DNA of 31,736 nucleotides from Octopus sinensis (GCF_006345805.1 NW_021829637.1:1-31736); one strand, 5' to 3'; positions 21,081 through 31,736 are shown, counted from the stretch's first letter. Program-made: numbers and translations. The notes: generated by a model from the letters alone, not told the origin.

Positions 21081-21956
21081 ATTCCTAAATTTCAGAGCTG
21101 CAGTCTCATATAAAACAATGGAAGTAACTCTACTACGAAAGAAGTAAATAAAACTTTTCAAACAAAAAGCCAATTTTAGCTAAAACAAATGCTCCCGACA
21201 AAAGCTGTAATGAATTTTTGTATTAAAATATCAGATACAAATAATAACATCAAAATTTCCCAGATTGCCAATAACGCCATCATTGGTTTTTCTGGGAACA
21301 TGTATGTTTTGGATTTCTTGGAGCAAGAATTTTCTCGTTATTTTCTGTATTTTTTGAATTAATTTGTTTTCTAGACGGTCTTGGAATGTATACCTAATGT
21401 TTTTGAAGGATTTTATTAAAAAAATTCTATCAAATTTCATACTTCCACACCAATTATCGGTATATTTGAGTTCTTGTTATATTTTTAGACCGTTATTCTC
21501 TTATGTGTGCATAATGCAGGAATTTATCAATTTGCAATAAATTCCTTCTCAACTGTAGACTGCACATGTCGCGTTACGACAATCGGGTCAGGCGGAATAA
21601 GGGCGCGTACTTGGATAAATATGCAGTATTTTCTTTTATAATCATTGCCAGTTATCGTGGAATTCATACAACACAGAGTGAGGCTATTGAGTTAGCCCAC
21701 AATGCCATTAAACATGCAGCACTGACTGATCGATTTACTGGAGGATTTTCCAATAGTATATTTGCATATATAATACTTTAGTTGAATTTATAATTTATGA
21801 ATTTATAAATGAATATAATGAGGAAAGTTAATTATTATATATTTAAGATATGAATATGTTTATATTAATAAAATTTAAATAAATTATTAGTATACTTTAG
21901 TTTATACAATCTCGATTCTTGGAATAAATTTTGTCGTCCTTTTTCAGCTTTTTTAA
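21081..21956 (+). pseudogene. Highly diverged proteasome beta5-like paralog, probably a pseudogene
   Basis: Propeptide-like IPKF..EVNKTFQTK (PSMB5: [13 protein letters not shown]) with stops at 21111 and 21177 and no HGTTT. Spliced exons then give IKISQIANNAIIGFSG, TTIGSGG, EAIELAHNAIKHAALTDRFTGGFSNIYTI. Introns 21207-21234, 21347-21374, 21460-21488, 21626-21651, 21756-21781/21900. Confidence 0.75.
21784..21891 (+). repeat. 108-bp insertion copied from 22777-22875 and flanked by an 11-bp duplication
   Basis: 21798-21894 matches 22778-22875 apart from one indel; ATACTTTAGTT occurs at 21773-21783 and 21892-21902. Confidence 0.85.
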
Positions 21957-22182
21957 TGCGTATCGATTCTAATCTTCATTAATTTTTTATTGTCATACAT
22001 TTTTCTTAAATTATTAAAACTAGCTAATAAACAATTCCGTGAAAAGAAAAAAATATTAAGATAATATCGAGCAACATATATAAAAACTAAATATGACAAA
22101 GAAGTCAGACGTTCTTCAGGAAAAGTTGTTTGTGGCTGTTAAACAGAGCGCTGCGGATACTATCGGTTATAGAGACAACCGT

Positions 22183-22597
22183 TCAAGCATCTTCAAAAAC
22201 AAGGCCCGTCGGTTCCAGAATTGAAGGGAAACCAGCTCTTTTCAGAGCTTTGTGAATTAGATTGTTAATTTCAGTGTGCCGAGGAAATCGGCCGGCGCTT
22301 ATTCGGATGTAGCCAAAGGCGTCAACTTTATCCCCACAACAACAGAGGTGAGGTCTGCAGACAGGGAGTCGAAGGTACCCAAGATACCCAAACGGAGTGA
22401 ATCCCTATCGAGGACAGTATCCAAAGGTGGAGAAGGGAGTACATTCAGCCAGGAGCCTGAGTATGGCTGACAGGCGGAACGGAAACAAGTCAGTCTGTGT
22501 TGGTCGAGGAGTGGTTCCAAGTCAGTTGAAGGTCGACGGCAAAGAATTTTGTCCCAATCTCGCTGAGAAAAGACATCGGAAGGGACTTTATTTCCAC
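22183..22597 (-). mobile_element. Third CRE-clade fragment (pre-RLE linker and degenerate zinc-knuckle region)
   Basis: PSDVFSQRDWD..PYSGSWLNVLPSPPLDTVLDRDSLRLGI (frameshift) LRLPVCRPHLCCCGDKVDAFG..SAGRFPRHTEINNLIHKALKRAGFPSILEPTGL. Confidence 0.85.
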
Positions 22598-22883
22598 TAA
22601 TTTTAAATTATCGATTGAAGTAACACTCACTTCCACATTAATTGGCTTATTTGTAGAGAAATATATTAGATTTCTATTTCAAAAGTGATAGAGCATGCTC
22701 ATTAATTACTCTTAAGTCGATAAGCTTACTTTCCTAAAGTCTTCCTATACACTTTTGTACTTCCTTTTTAATATTTTTGAATTTATAAATGAATATAATG
22801 AGGAAAGTTAATTATTATATATTTAAGATATGAATATGTTTAATATTAATAAAATTTAAATAAATTATTAGTATAACGTGTTG

Positions 22884-23017
22884 ATGAGGGCTAAGGTTGT
22901 GTCATGTTAATAATTTTTAGTGGAAAAAGAAAAGGATGCGAAAACTCAAACGCAAGCGTCGTCAAATGCGGAATCGGTTAGAAATTTCCCCTTTAAATCA
23001 TTTTTAGTGCAAAGTAG
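22884..23017 (+). CDS. RPL41: Ribosomal protein eL41 (25 aa, 3 coding exons)
   Basis: Exons 22884-22895, 22921-22976 and 23008-23017 give MRAKWKKKRMRKLKRKRRQMRNRAK*; GT-AG introns of 25 and 31 nt. Confidence 0.95.
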
Positions 23018-23103
23018 TTAATTTTCACTGATTTGATCTTTCTGTTTAATAATTACATTTTTTCCATTCTTTTTGATCAGATATATATTTCTTTAAATTA
23101 GAC

Positions 23104-23224
23104 GCGTAGCCCTCGTTAGCTTACACGTGAATAAGTACTTAGGCTATTAGGGCCATGCATTGAGAGGCATCTACAAAGGGTCTTTATTACGGTTTCAATA
23201 GAATCCTCATAATGACTTACAAAG
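23104..23224 (+). ncRNA. Candidate two-hairpin structured RNA (H/ACA snoRNA-like)
   Basis: GC-richer island. Hairpin 1: GCCCT/AGGGC plus TAGCTTA/TAGGCTA. Hairpin 2: AGGCAT/ATGACTT plus AGGGT-TTTATT/AATAGAATCCT with an internal loop. ACA follows at 23219-23221. No canonical ANANNA H box. Confidence 0.3.
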
Positions 23225-23307
23225 TAAGTTAGAAAAATAAAATTATTTAAAGAAATTTTTAAATCATAAATTTTAATAAAATAATGTTAATTTAAATAGA
23301 TTTTTAT

Positions 23308-26120
23308 ATGGAGTCTTGTGAGTTCACGTGCAAAATAATCGAAAGTATAAAGAATTTTAAAGTATTAAATTCATTTAATAAAAGAACGAAATTGAAGATA
23401 ATATCAAATACGAGAACTTGAAGTCTGCAATAAGAAATCATCTTAGCCGGCCTTTAAAGAACATTATCAAATCAGTAGACACACTCTCATCTCAAGAAAA
23501 TGCTCACAACATTTTTTTCGACATTATCCGCCTGGATATTGGCAATGTTTCAGAGAATTCTATTCTTCTTCGTGCTTATTTCGTCATAGTTCTCCAGTTT
23601 GACTGGCTAGATTACTTCATCAAAGTAATTTACTCAAAAAACTCTTAGAAAAGTGGTTCGTTGAGCCCCGCTGAGCAAATTCCACTTTACGCGAATCTTA
23701 TTTCTGTCTTAAACGAAAGTGAACCTGGAAATTCGCTGTTTCCGGCAAAATTTCAGCAAATTTTTATTTTCATATTTTCCGATGAAAACAGCTTTGTTTT
23801 TAAAAAACCGGAAACTGATTATTTCACTTTGATTGAGGCCGCAATGACCACATTGATGGATAGATTTACTCCCAAATTCGTGCTCAAAATATACCTGAAC
23901 TACTCTCTGCTTGTTAATCAACAGGAATTAAAATTTTTCGATATTTTTACCCGCAATGTTGGCATTTTAGTCAAAAATGGACGGGTTGGTCTTGATTTTG
24001 TACTTTCTCTAATCCTCGATATGTTTTTAAAAGTCGATTCCTCTTCTTTTGCTCAGTTTCTGGTCCTTCGCAGTGTTCCTGTCAATTTCTCCTTTTATAA
24101 GTGCATTGAGCCTTTGATAAAATTCTTTGATTTGTCAACCAGTGACCTCATAAACCAGCTTCCGTGGGAACCAAGACAAGTTTTATTGTCCGTCAAGTCG
24201 GTTGTTGGGCTGTGTGGAGGATCTGTACCAACCTGTGGAGATATTTTATGTTGGCTACTCGAATTTATTCCCGGAAAGACCTCAAAGAATGAAGTTATGA
24301 GGGAAATGTATCTCTCGTCTGATCATTGCTTAGTTTTGATGCCATTCATTCAGCATTCAATCAGAATTTCCGAATATTTGAGGATATTTCGACCTGGCTG
24401 CTCCTCACCGACTTGATGAGACTATTTAAGGACCAGGGCGGACATCGAGTTAAATTTGCGGATTAATTTTAGTTATTACGGGATCTTTTTAAAAAACAGT
24501 CCCGCAAATTCCGGTCCTCACTCCCTCCCTTGGAATGTCCGTTGGATATCGAGACTTTGTGTGAGAAGGGACTATCGATTTGTAGTGATTGGTCATTGGA
24601 GTGGTCATTTTTTGCTTCTTATTACAAAACTGCGGTCAGACTGGTTCAAGAATTTATTAAAGCTAAACCAGAACACGTCAATTTGACTAGAATTTGCAGA
24701 GAATTTACCAAAAGGACTGATTTGCTGAGAATTTTGGGAGAAAATGTAACAGTCTTCTGTTCAGACGAGTCCCTGTTAACAAGTCGACTCGAGTTTTTGA
24801 TTTCTGTTTTGTAATTTTTGATATTTTTAGAAAAATTGTCTCGTCGATGGATTTTTGACAGTTTTTATGATTTGGTTGTCGCCCCTGTGATTGATGCATG
24901 TTCCCTCAACAGTCCCAAGTCGGCAATTTATTCCACTCTTACTGTTGCAGAGGTAGACTACTCAAATGACTATTTTAGACTTTTTGTGTCAGCTGTGATA
25001 AGAATACGACTGGAATTGTCAAGTTTATACTTTATTTGTTGGATTTCACTCATTTTTTGTTTAAAAACTCAGAGAGTGGTGAGATGGTGCCCAATCCTTC
25101 CCACTTTATGTACGTCAAAAGTAGGGTTTTGGGGTCTTTGGTGTGCATTTCTAAGGTGGAGACAGTCCGCGAAGCTGTTTCAAGTTGATTGCAAATAAAT
25201 CGAATTTAGACGTGTTAAATGACATTCATTCCCCCACACTTTTGACTCATTTCTACGTAAAACAAATATTTGGAATATCGTCACACAAACTGACAACCCA
25301 GTTGACTATGTTTGCTAATATTTAGTGAGTTGTCTGGACAGGATTGCCTGGGTGTGGCCGATCTGGTAAACCTTGCTCGCTCTGGCTGTTTACAAGCACA
25401 CGTTAAGGTGGATTACTGTCATTTGCTGTTGGCTGTTTCGTCAGTTAATGACTTTTGGGGTTGATTTTGATAGATTGTGCCGCATTGCACGTCTCGGGAG
25501 TTTAGATCAGTTGTCGAATTCTGTTCTTCTCTCATCTGTCCAGACACCTGTTGTGAAAACCATTTGGCATGTATTATTCAATATTCTGACCCACTAATAG
25601 CTGCAGCCACGTTTTCGTCAGTTTCGACATTCTTGTGTCATTTGATGTCTGTGCTGTTGCCCAATTTGTCTGATTTTGGCGACTATCGACGACAGCTTAC
25701 GGGATATTATTTAAGCTTCGTTCGAGTTAGTTTATGTGCTGATTGGACAGAAGAAATTGTTGGTGGATGCTCAGTGTTTTGTCAATGAGACGATTCGAGG
25801 ACTAGTGCTGGACGAATTGAAGCATCAGCTTACTAATCTTGTTGCGTTGCTGATGGACAGGGACTGTGATGAATTCTCTATGATCAACTCGGTTATTTTT
25901 TCGTTGACTCAATGAGTTTTTGAATGTGTGGTTTTTTGAGGGGTTTAAAATATGCGACTGAGTTAAAATTTTTTGTTAATTTGAGTAGCTATGGACTTTT
26001 TTATAACACTGATTTTCACTGAATGATTTAATTATGTAATAATTTTGCTCAGCTGAGTATCCTCGTGACATGCCAGCTCCGCAAGTTGATCTTCGTTATC
26101 AACCTGGATTATTGAATTAA
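23308..26120 (+). CDS. Long multi-exon gene for a divergent, probably alpha-helical protein; weak resemblance to TELO2/Tel2
   Basis: ATG at 23308 and successive plus-strand ORFs joinable by micro-introns. Segments GILVKNGRV, LVLRSVP..CIEPLI, SKNEVMREIFDAIHSAFN and KTAVRLVQEFIKAKPE..SRLEFLISVL are collinear with my recollection of TELO2. The gene is likely real; its identity and 3' end (25915-26120) are uncertain. Confidence 0.55.
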
Positions 26121-26204
26121 TTTATTATAATGAAGGTATGTTTTTAATTAAAATACTATTAATTAAAACACGATAATAGTCTCAGTTTTTAAAATACACT
26201 CACA

Positions 26205-28978
26205 ATGTGGCACCGAAACATGGTTTGTTTAAATCAGAAAAATTATTATTTGTAGAAGCTAGTGAAATTTTTTCCAGATAAATTAAAAAATTTTATACGA
26301 AATGTTAGCCATCAAATAGAGTATGGGAACAGGTTTTTAATAAAAATTACCTCAAGCATTCTAACAGTGGAAACCGATAAAATAGGACGACAGGCTGCCG
26401 GGTCAGTCTTGGTTCAAGTAAATTATTTTTGAATTATTTTGAGTGCAAAAATTGCACAATGATAAGTTCAATCGTCGCTGTCAATCAAGCAGCCGCCGTC
26501 GGACCATCTTTGAATGTTTTTTGTACATTTAAATATTTTTTGGTCGATTTCAAATCACGAAATAAACAGGAAGGGCAAATCAACAATAAAAGGAAACCAA
26601 ATGTCAATATTGAGACCCAAGTTCTGACAAGCAGACTGATCGGTTTTTGTATTTTTATCACATTAGACCGATCAATCAGACCGATTTTGGACCCTCGGAT
26701 GGACTTTGCTCTCAACGTTAGTATTTTGTTTTGTAATTCCAAAGATGCACGTTAAATCTCTTTCTACTGACCATACATTTGATTCCGAGGTTTTGGGCAT
26801 CAATGCGGGTTATTAAAATTTGGTTTTCTTTTTTAGGATCTCTGAGTCTGGTTTCTTCCCATTTGCCCATTAACCGAACAGTCGCAGCGATTCGGTTGGC
26901 TTTGATGCCGAATGGGTCAATAATTTTGTTTCCCTCAAAACAAGAGCTTTTAGAATGTTCAGGAAACATTGTCATGGTCGTGGACTCGAATGGAAAGATA
27001 AGTAATTGGAATTACCTCAATGAGTAGTCATGTTGGAGGGGGCCATGGATAACCAACCAACTTCCGTGGTGATGCGAGCCATTTCCACGGCCTGGGAAAA
27101 CTGTGTGCTTCTTGCAGGACGTTTTTTGAGAATTCAGAAGGAAGTGATACATTTTGATGATACAAATTCTGAAATCAACGTTCGAGAAATTTCAGGGTTT
27201 GGTCAATTTGATATAAGTAGATGTCTTAAAGACTATTTTTTGGAATTTCTAAATCTTCCGCCTTCCGATAAGGTAATTTTGTGTGCCACCTGTAGAAAAG
27301 TGGAGTTGAAGCACTCTCATTGCTCAAATCAAAGTTCACAGAAAAGGCCATTGGTTTGTAAATATACGTCTTTAGCCAAGAACTGAACATTCCTTCTGAC
27401 TCTCATAACAACATATTTAACAATCTACTGACTACTCATTTCCGTGATCACATTCTTCGGTCTGAAGTGAGGACTGACGGAAGGACCTTTTCTCAAATTA
27501 GAGACGTCTCTTGTGAGGTAGATATAGCACCAGGAATACACGGTTCTGCCATTTTCCGACGGGGGGAGACACAAGTATTAGAAAAGATTGTTCATAGTAG
27601 GTTTTGAGTTGTGTCGAGTTGTTATCCCCATATTCCACGTCACGGAGACATCCATTTTCCGCGATTACCGGGTTGGTGTTACCTGCTAATCGTGTCTCAG
27701 TGCCTGTGTCGATAAGCAATTCGAACTGATCTATGAAGTATATATTTTTTATATTTGGCTTAGTTTCCGCCTTATTCGACAAACGAGGTTAGACAGAGTG
27801 GAAACTTGAATCGAAGGGAGATGGGTCATGGTAAGAGTACTGTATGACATGTCAGGGGCACTGGCGGAGAGAGCTCTCCTTCCGACCATTCCAAAGGCGG
27901 GAAATCGGTTTTTTAGTGTATCTTGTGACGTCACGGATTCCCATGGTGTGAAAATTCGTGATTTATTCAGGCTCATCTTCAATGGCTTCCGTATGTGCTG
28001 GATCGTTGGCGTTGATGGACGCGGGAGTTCAAATCACGGAATTGGTGGCTGGGATTGCCATGGGGGTTGTGAGTACGTCATGTGGGAGACGGTGGAAGGT
28101 CATCACCGACATCACTGTTGATCAAAAATGCTATTTTTAAGGGAATGGAAGACTCCCTTGGAAACATGGATTTTAAAGTAGCTGGAAGTGTCCGTGGATT
28201 CAATTCTATGCAGGTTAGTGTTTGTGACCATTGGGTAGTTGGATGTCAAGGGAGATGGAATATGCTTAGATATACTAGCAGACTCGCTGGAGAAAGGGCA
28301 TGGTTTGTTATTGCAGTTATAATCTTTTTAGAGGCAATTTGTCGTTTGGTAAATCAAATGAAAACAGCAATTGATAAGCCACGGGAATCAGTAAAGGAGT
28401 GCTGGCCTGTCAGCAGAGTATTGGAAGTGACCTCAAGTCAGCGAGCCCGCATCATTGGATCGGGGGGACAGGGACTCAGACGACATTTCAGTCAGTCTGG
28501 TTAGGCATATTTAATTATTTTTAGGTGTACTTGTTGAACCTCTTGACGAGAATTGTCTTTTTTTATTTGCTCCTTCTGTTGAGGCCTTGGAATATGCTCG
28601 AGAGGCACTGAATGAGACGATCCTTCAAAACGTATTCTAAACGATATATCATTTTCTAGAAAGAAGTAGATTTAAAATTGTATCAAGTCTATGATGCCAC
28701 AATAGTTGAAATGACGTTTGTTTTTTGAGTTATTCGTAGTGATAATGGTGTTTGGGTGAGAGTCTACAAAACAATGCAGCCAATTTTTCTTCACTGTAAT
28801 CACCTTTCTCTCGACAATGTATTTATTTTGTTATATTTTTGAGACTAAGAAACCAGCTGATCTCGGATTTTATGAAGGGTTGAATATTCGAGTACAATAT
28901 TTTGGGATTGATTCGATGACGGGCAATCATCGTTTGTCTCGGAAATTGGCTCTGACAAAAGAAATGGAAATTAATTGA
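26205..28978 (+). CDS. PNPT1: Mitochondrial polyribonucleotide nucleotidyltransferase (PNPase): two RNase PH domains, KH and S1
   Basis: [95 protein letters not shown] (both metal-binding Asp kept), [24 protein letters not shown]; TGA 28976-28978. About 20 micro-introns. Confidence 0.95.
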
Positions 28979-29329
28979 TTGTTGTGATTTATTGTTTTTA
29001 TTGAGATAGTATTCAGTGTTGATATTTAGTTTTGCTTTTAGAGTGATTTGAATCTAGTTTGGTTCAATAATGTTCAGAAAAACTACTTCGTAGTTGTTTT
29101 TCGTTGTCTGGAATATTCGAATCTCATTGTCTCCTTGTTAATATCTATTCCTTGTTAAATATTTAATCAGTCAATTAACTTTCATAAGCTTTAATTGCTT
29201 TTCTTCATTTTGGTCTAAAACATTTAGAGTTCAGACAAGGTAAACGAACAGTAATCAAAAATACTTAGAAATCTACAATTCATAAGCAGATTTTGATTCA
29301 GTACGATTTTGACTAGAAGTGATATGTTA

Positions 29330-29705
29330 TTATTAACACACTTATTGTAGGGCTATAATAATTATAGTCCCACCTGTGCAACACCCAAAACAATGTTAGT
29401 AACGAGTCTCCTCCATTTTCCTCGGTTAAGCGCTGTGAGCCGCAGCCTGTCCAAGTCATCATCGGTCTTGAGACAGGATTTGATTTGGGCGAGGTCCGCT
29501 TTCAGAAAGACAGGTAACGTAGTGCGTAGACCTTCCCGGAACCGTGGTTTGTCGCATTGGAAGTAATCCTCCATCACCGTATTTGCGGGTGCGGACTGGT
29601 CCATTTGCAGTATGTGTCCAAATAGCTTCCAGCGGGATTCAGCAACGTCAATGCAAAGTGGCCTTGTAGAACACTTTATATATAACGACTCCCGGGATAT
29701 TCTAT
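29330..29705 (-). mobile_element. 3' terminal fragment of an RTE-like LINE
   Basis: ISRESLYIKCSTRPLCIDVAESRWKLFGHILQMDQSAPANTVMEDYF..RTTLPVFLKADL..DLDRLRLTALNRGKWRRLV, stop at 29362-29364, then a short TAA-rich tail. Confidence 0.8.
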
Positions 29706-29734
29706 AAAGACACTCGGGGTAGCTCTATTGCACA

Positions 29735-31736
29735 ATGTCTGGAAAACGCCTTAATTCACTGTTGGGACTATCTATCGTCACTTTTAATGTCAGGGGAATC
29801 TCCAATACATATAAAAGAAAACAATTGTGCAAAGATTTTGAGAGATACAATGTATCAATCGGATGTATACAAGAAACGAAGGTCTTGGAAGGGGCTGATG
29901 AATCATATGGAAACTACCGTCTAATACTACTTCCCAGCATATCGAAGCACTATGGGCAGGGATTCATTGTCCATAAGACTTTAGCCCCTGGAATTCATCG
30001 TGTATGATGTGTAAATGATATAATCTGTGTTTTGCAAATAAAGACATGTGACAAAGGAAAATCGAGGGGAATTATCTCCATTATTAATGTCTATGTCCCA
30101 CATTCTAGGATTGTTGTGAAAGACCCAGAAGTTTTAATCATATTCTACTCTGAGCTATCCAAAGTCTATACCGAACTTGAATCCTCTTTTATAATATTCA
30201 TTACGGGTGATTTCAATGCCAAAGTTGGCGTTCAAAAAGGATTACAATTCATGGGAAGACATGGATGCGGTATAAGAAACTTATCTGGGTGCTTCCTCGC
30301 GAATTTTCTGTTTGTTATGTGACTTATTTATATGTAATACTGCTTTTCAGCACCCTGCACGTCACAAAACGACATGATGAATCAATCTATATATACAATC
30401 AAATTGATTATATTCTCTGTCGGATGAATGACAAAAGCTTTCTGCTTGACTCACGCTCTTATGGAGGATCAACTGTCGACAGTGATCACAAAATCGTTAT
30501 GGCTATGATTAGCATTAAAATCCATCTCGTGTTCTTAAAAAAGACTATACCCAAAAATTCTAGAGAAGCCGGATATATGATCGGAAAGCTAACCTTTAAT
30601 CTACTTATTCAAGAAGCTTATAAACAACACATTGAATGTCTATTGAAAAACCTGGACATGCCTCAGTCAAATCAAGACATTTGGAATAGCGGATAACCAT
30701 ATCGAAAAAAAGATTTAAACTAGAGGAAAATTTATGAAAGCCTGCCATCCTAAAGTTCCAATGATATCCTTAAGGCAAAAAAATGTCAGGCTTAAATTAT
30801 AAAATACTATTGACGCGAATAAAAAACAGATTTTAAAAACAGATTGTAATTTTTTGAAATGGCAAATAAAGAAACTAAAAAACGAGCACATAAGAAATCT
30901 AATGAGGACTAATATAAATGAAATCGAAAACTTAAAAGATGGTGCACAAATGTTTGCAGGAGCTCGTCTGCTAAAAAATAAGGAACAAAAAACTCACCTA
31001 AGGATACATGACTTTGAGGAAAGAATTATACTTTACCCTCAGTAACAAACAAAAGTCATCGAAAACCACTTTGAGAAGCAATTTAACACATTAAATGGAT
31101 CTCTGGATGCTTTTGTCGGACCCTAAAGAGAATTAGTAATTCCGATTACGTCTGAAGAAGTGCAATCAGCAATTTTAAAATTGAGGAACAATCGATCTTC
31201 GAGACCCGATAACATTAACCCCGAACTACTGAAATACGGGCCATATATACTATTTGAAATTATTGCTAAATTGCTGAACGATATGTTCACATCGAATTCT
31301 TCTCTACCTGTGGGGAAAGGCATTCTAATCCCAATTCAAAAGCCACATAAGCCGAAAGGCCCTTTGGAGAACCTACGGCCGGTCATTCTTTTAGACTCTC
31401 TTCAAAAAGTGCTTGCACTGATCATCCTGAAGCGAATAAAAGAGCCTGTCAACGAATACCTCTCTGCCAGTCATAGTGGGTTCAGACAAGGGAGATCCAC
31501 AGCGGATATTGTATGGAGCCATCGATGGAGATGCACTATATCTCAAAGATTCAAATGTGCAACCACGCTTTTGGGAATTGACATGTCCAGGGTCTTTGAC
31601 ACAATAATCAGGGCAAAGCTGATTGAGGTGTTATAACGCTTTTTGGATGAAAGCTCGGTTAGAGTAATTAGATTGCTTTTTGCCAACACTGAACTTGAAT
31701 TAAGAATATACTTGGAGTCTGCATTACGAGATCTAA
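29735..31736 (+). mobile_element. RTE-like LINE ORF (APE endonuclease + RT N-terminal half), degenerate, runs off the window
   Basis: TFNVRG, GCIQETK, INVYVPHS, GDFNAKVG, NQIDYILC, DSDHKIV (APE); IPIQKPHKPKGPLENLRPVILL, SGFRQGRSTAD, GIDMSRVFDTI (RT). Several stops and frameshifts. Confidence 0.92.

Overview
AT-rich, compact eukaryotic (almost certainly metazoan) genomic DNA in the standard code. Genes are broken by many tiny GT-AG spliceosomal introns (mostly 22-33 nt), so the ORF track shows only fragments. This intron size fits a reduced parasite such as a dicyemid mesozoan; myxozoan or orthonectid origin is not excluded. I spliced by hand TAMM41 (-), proteasome beta5/PSMB5 (+), cytosolic 5'-nucleotidase II NT5C2 (-), KDM6A/UTX (+), RPL41 (+), a long divergent gene that may be TELO2 (+) and PNPT1 (+). 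Between the gene blocks (about 11.7-22.7 kb, and after 29.3 kb) lies a transposon graveyard: CRE-type and RTE-type LINE fragments, a Merlin element with TIRs/TSDs nested in an RTE, a MULE fragment, and a 3.4-kb Helitron with both termini that carries a 16-copy ~95-bp tandem array. Highlights: the UTX gene has an open spliced frame, TPRs and Zn finger but has lost all three JmjC Fe(II) ligands (pseudo-demethylase); a decayed PSMB5 paralog carries a templated insertion copied from upstream of RPL41 that duplicates its last splice acceptor; PNPT1 has a GT-TG (or exonized) micro-intron; and a head-to-head LINE junction resembles twin priming. All homology calls come from motif recognition, not database searches.
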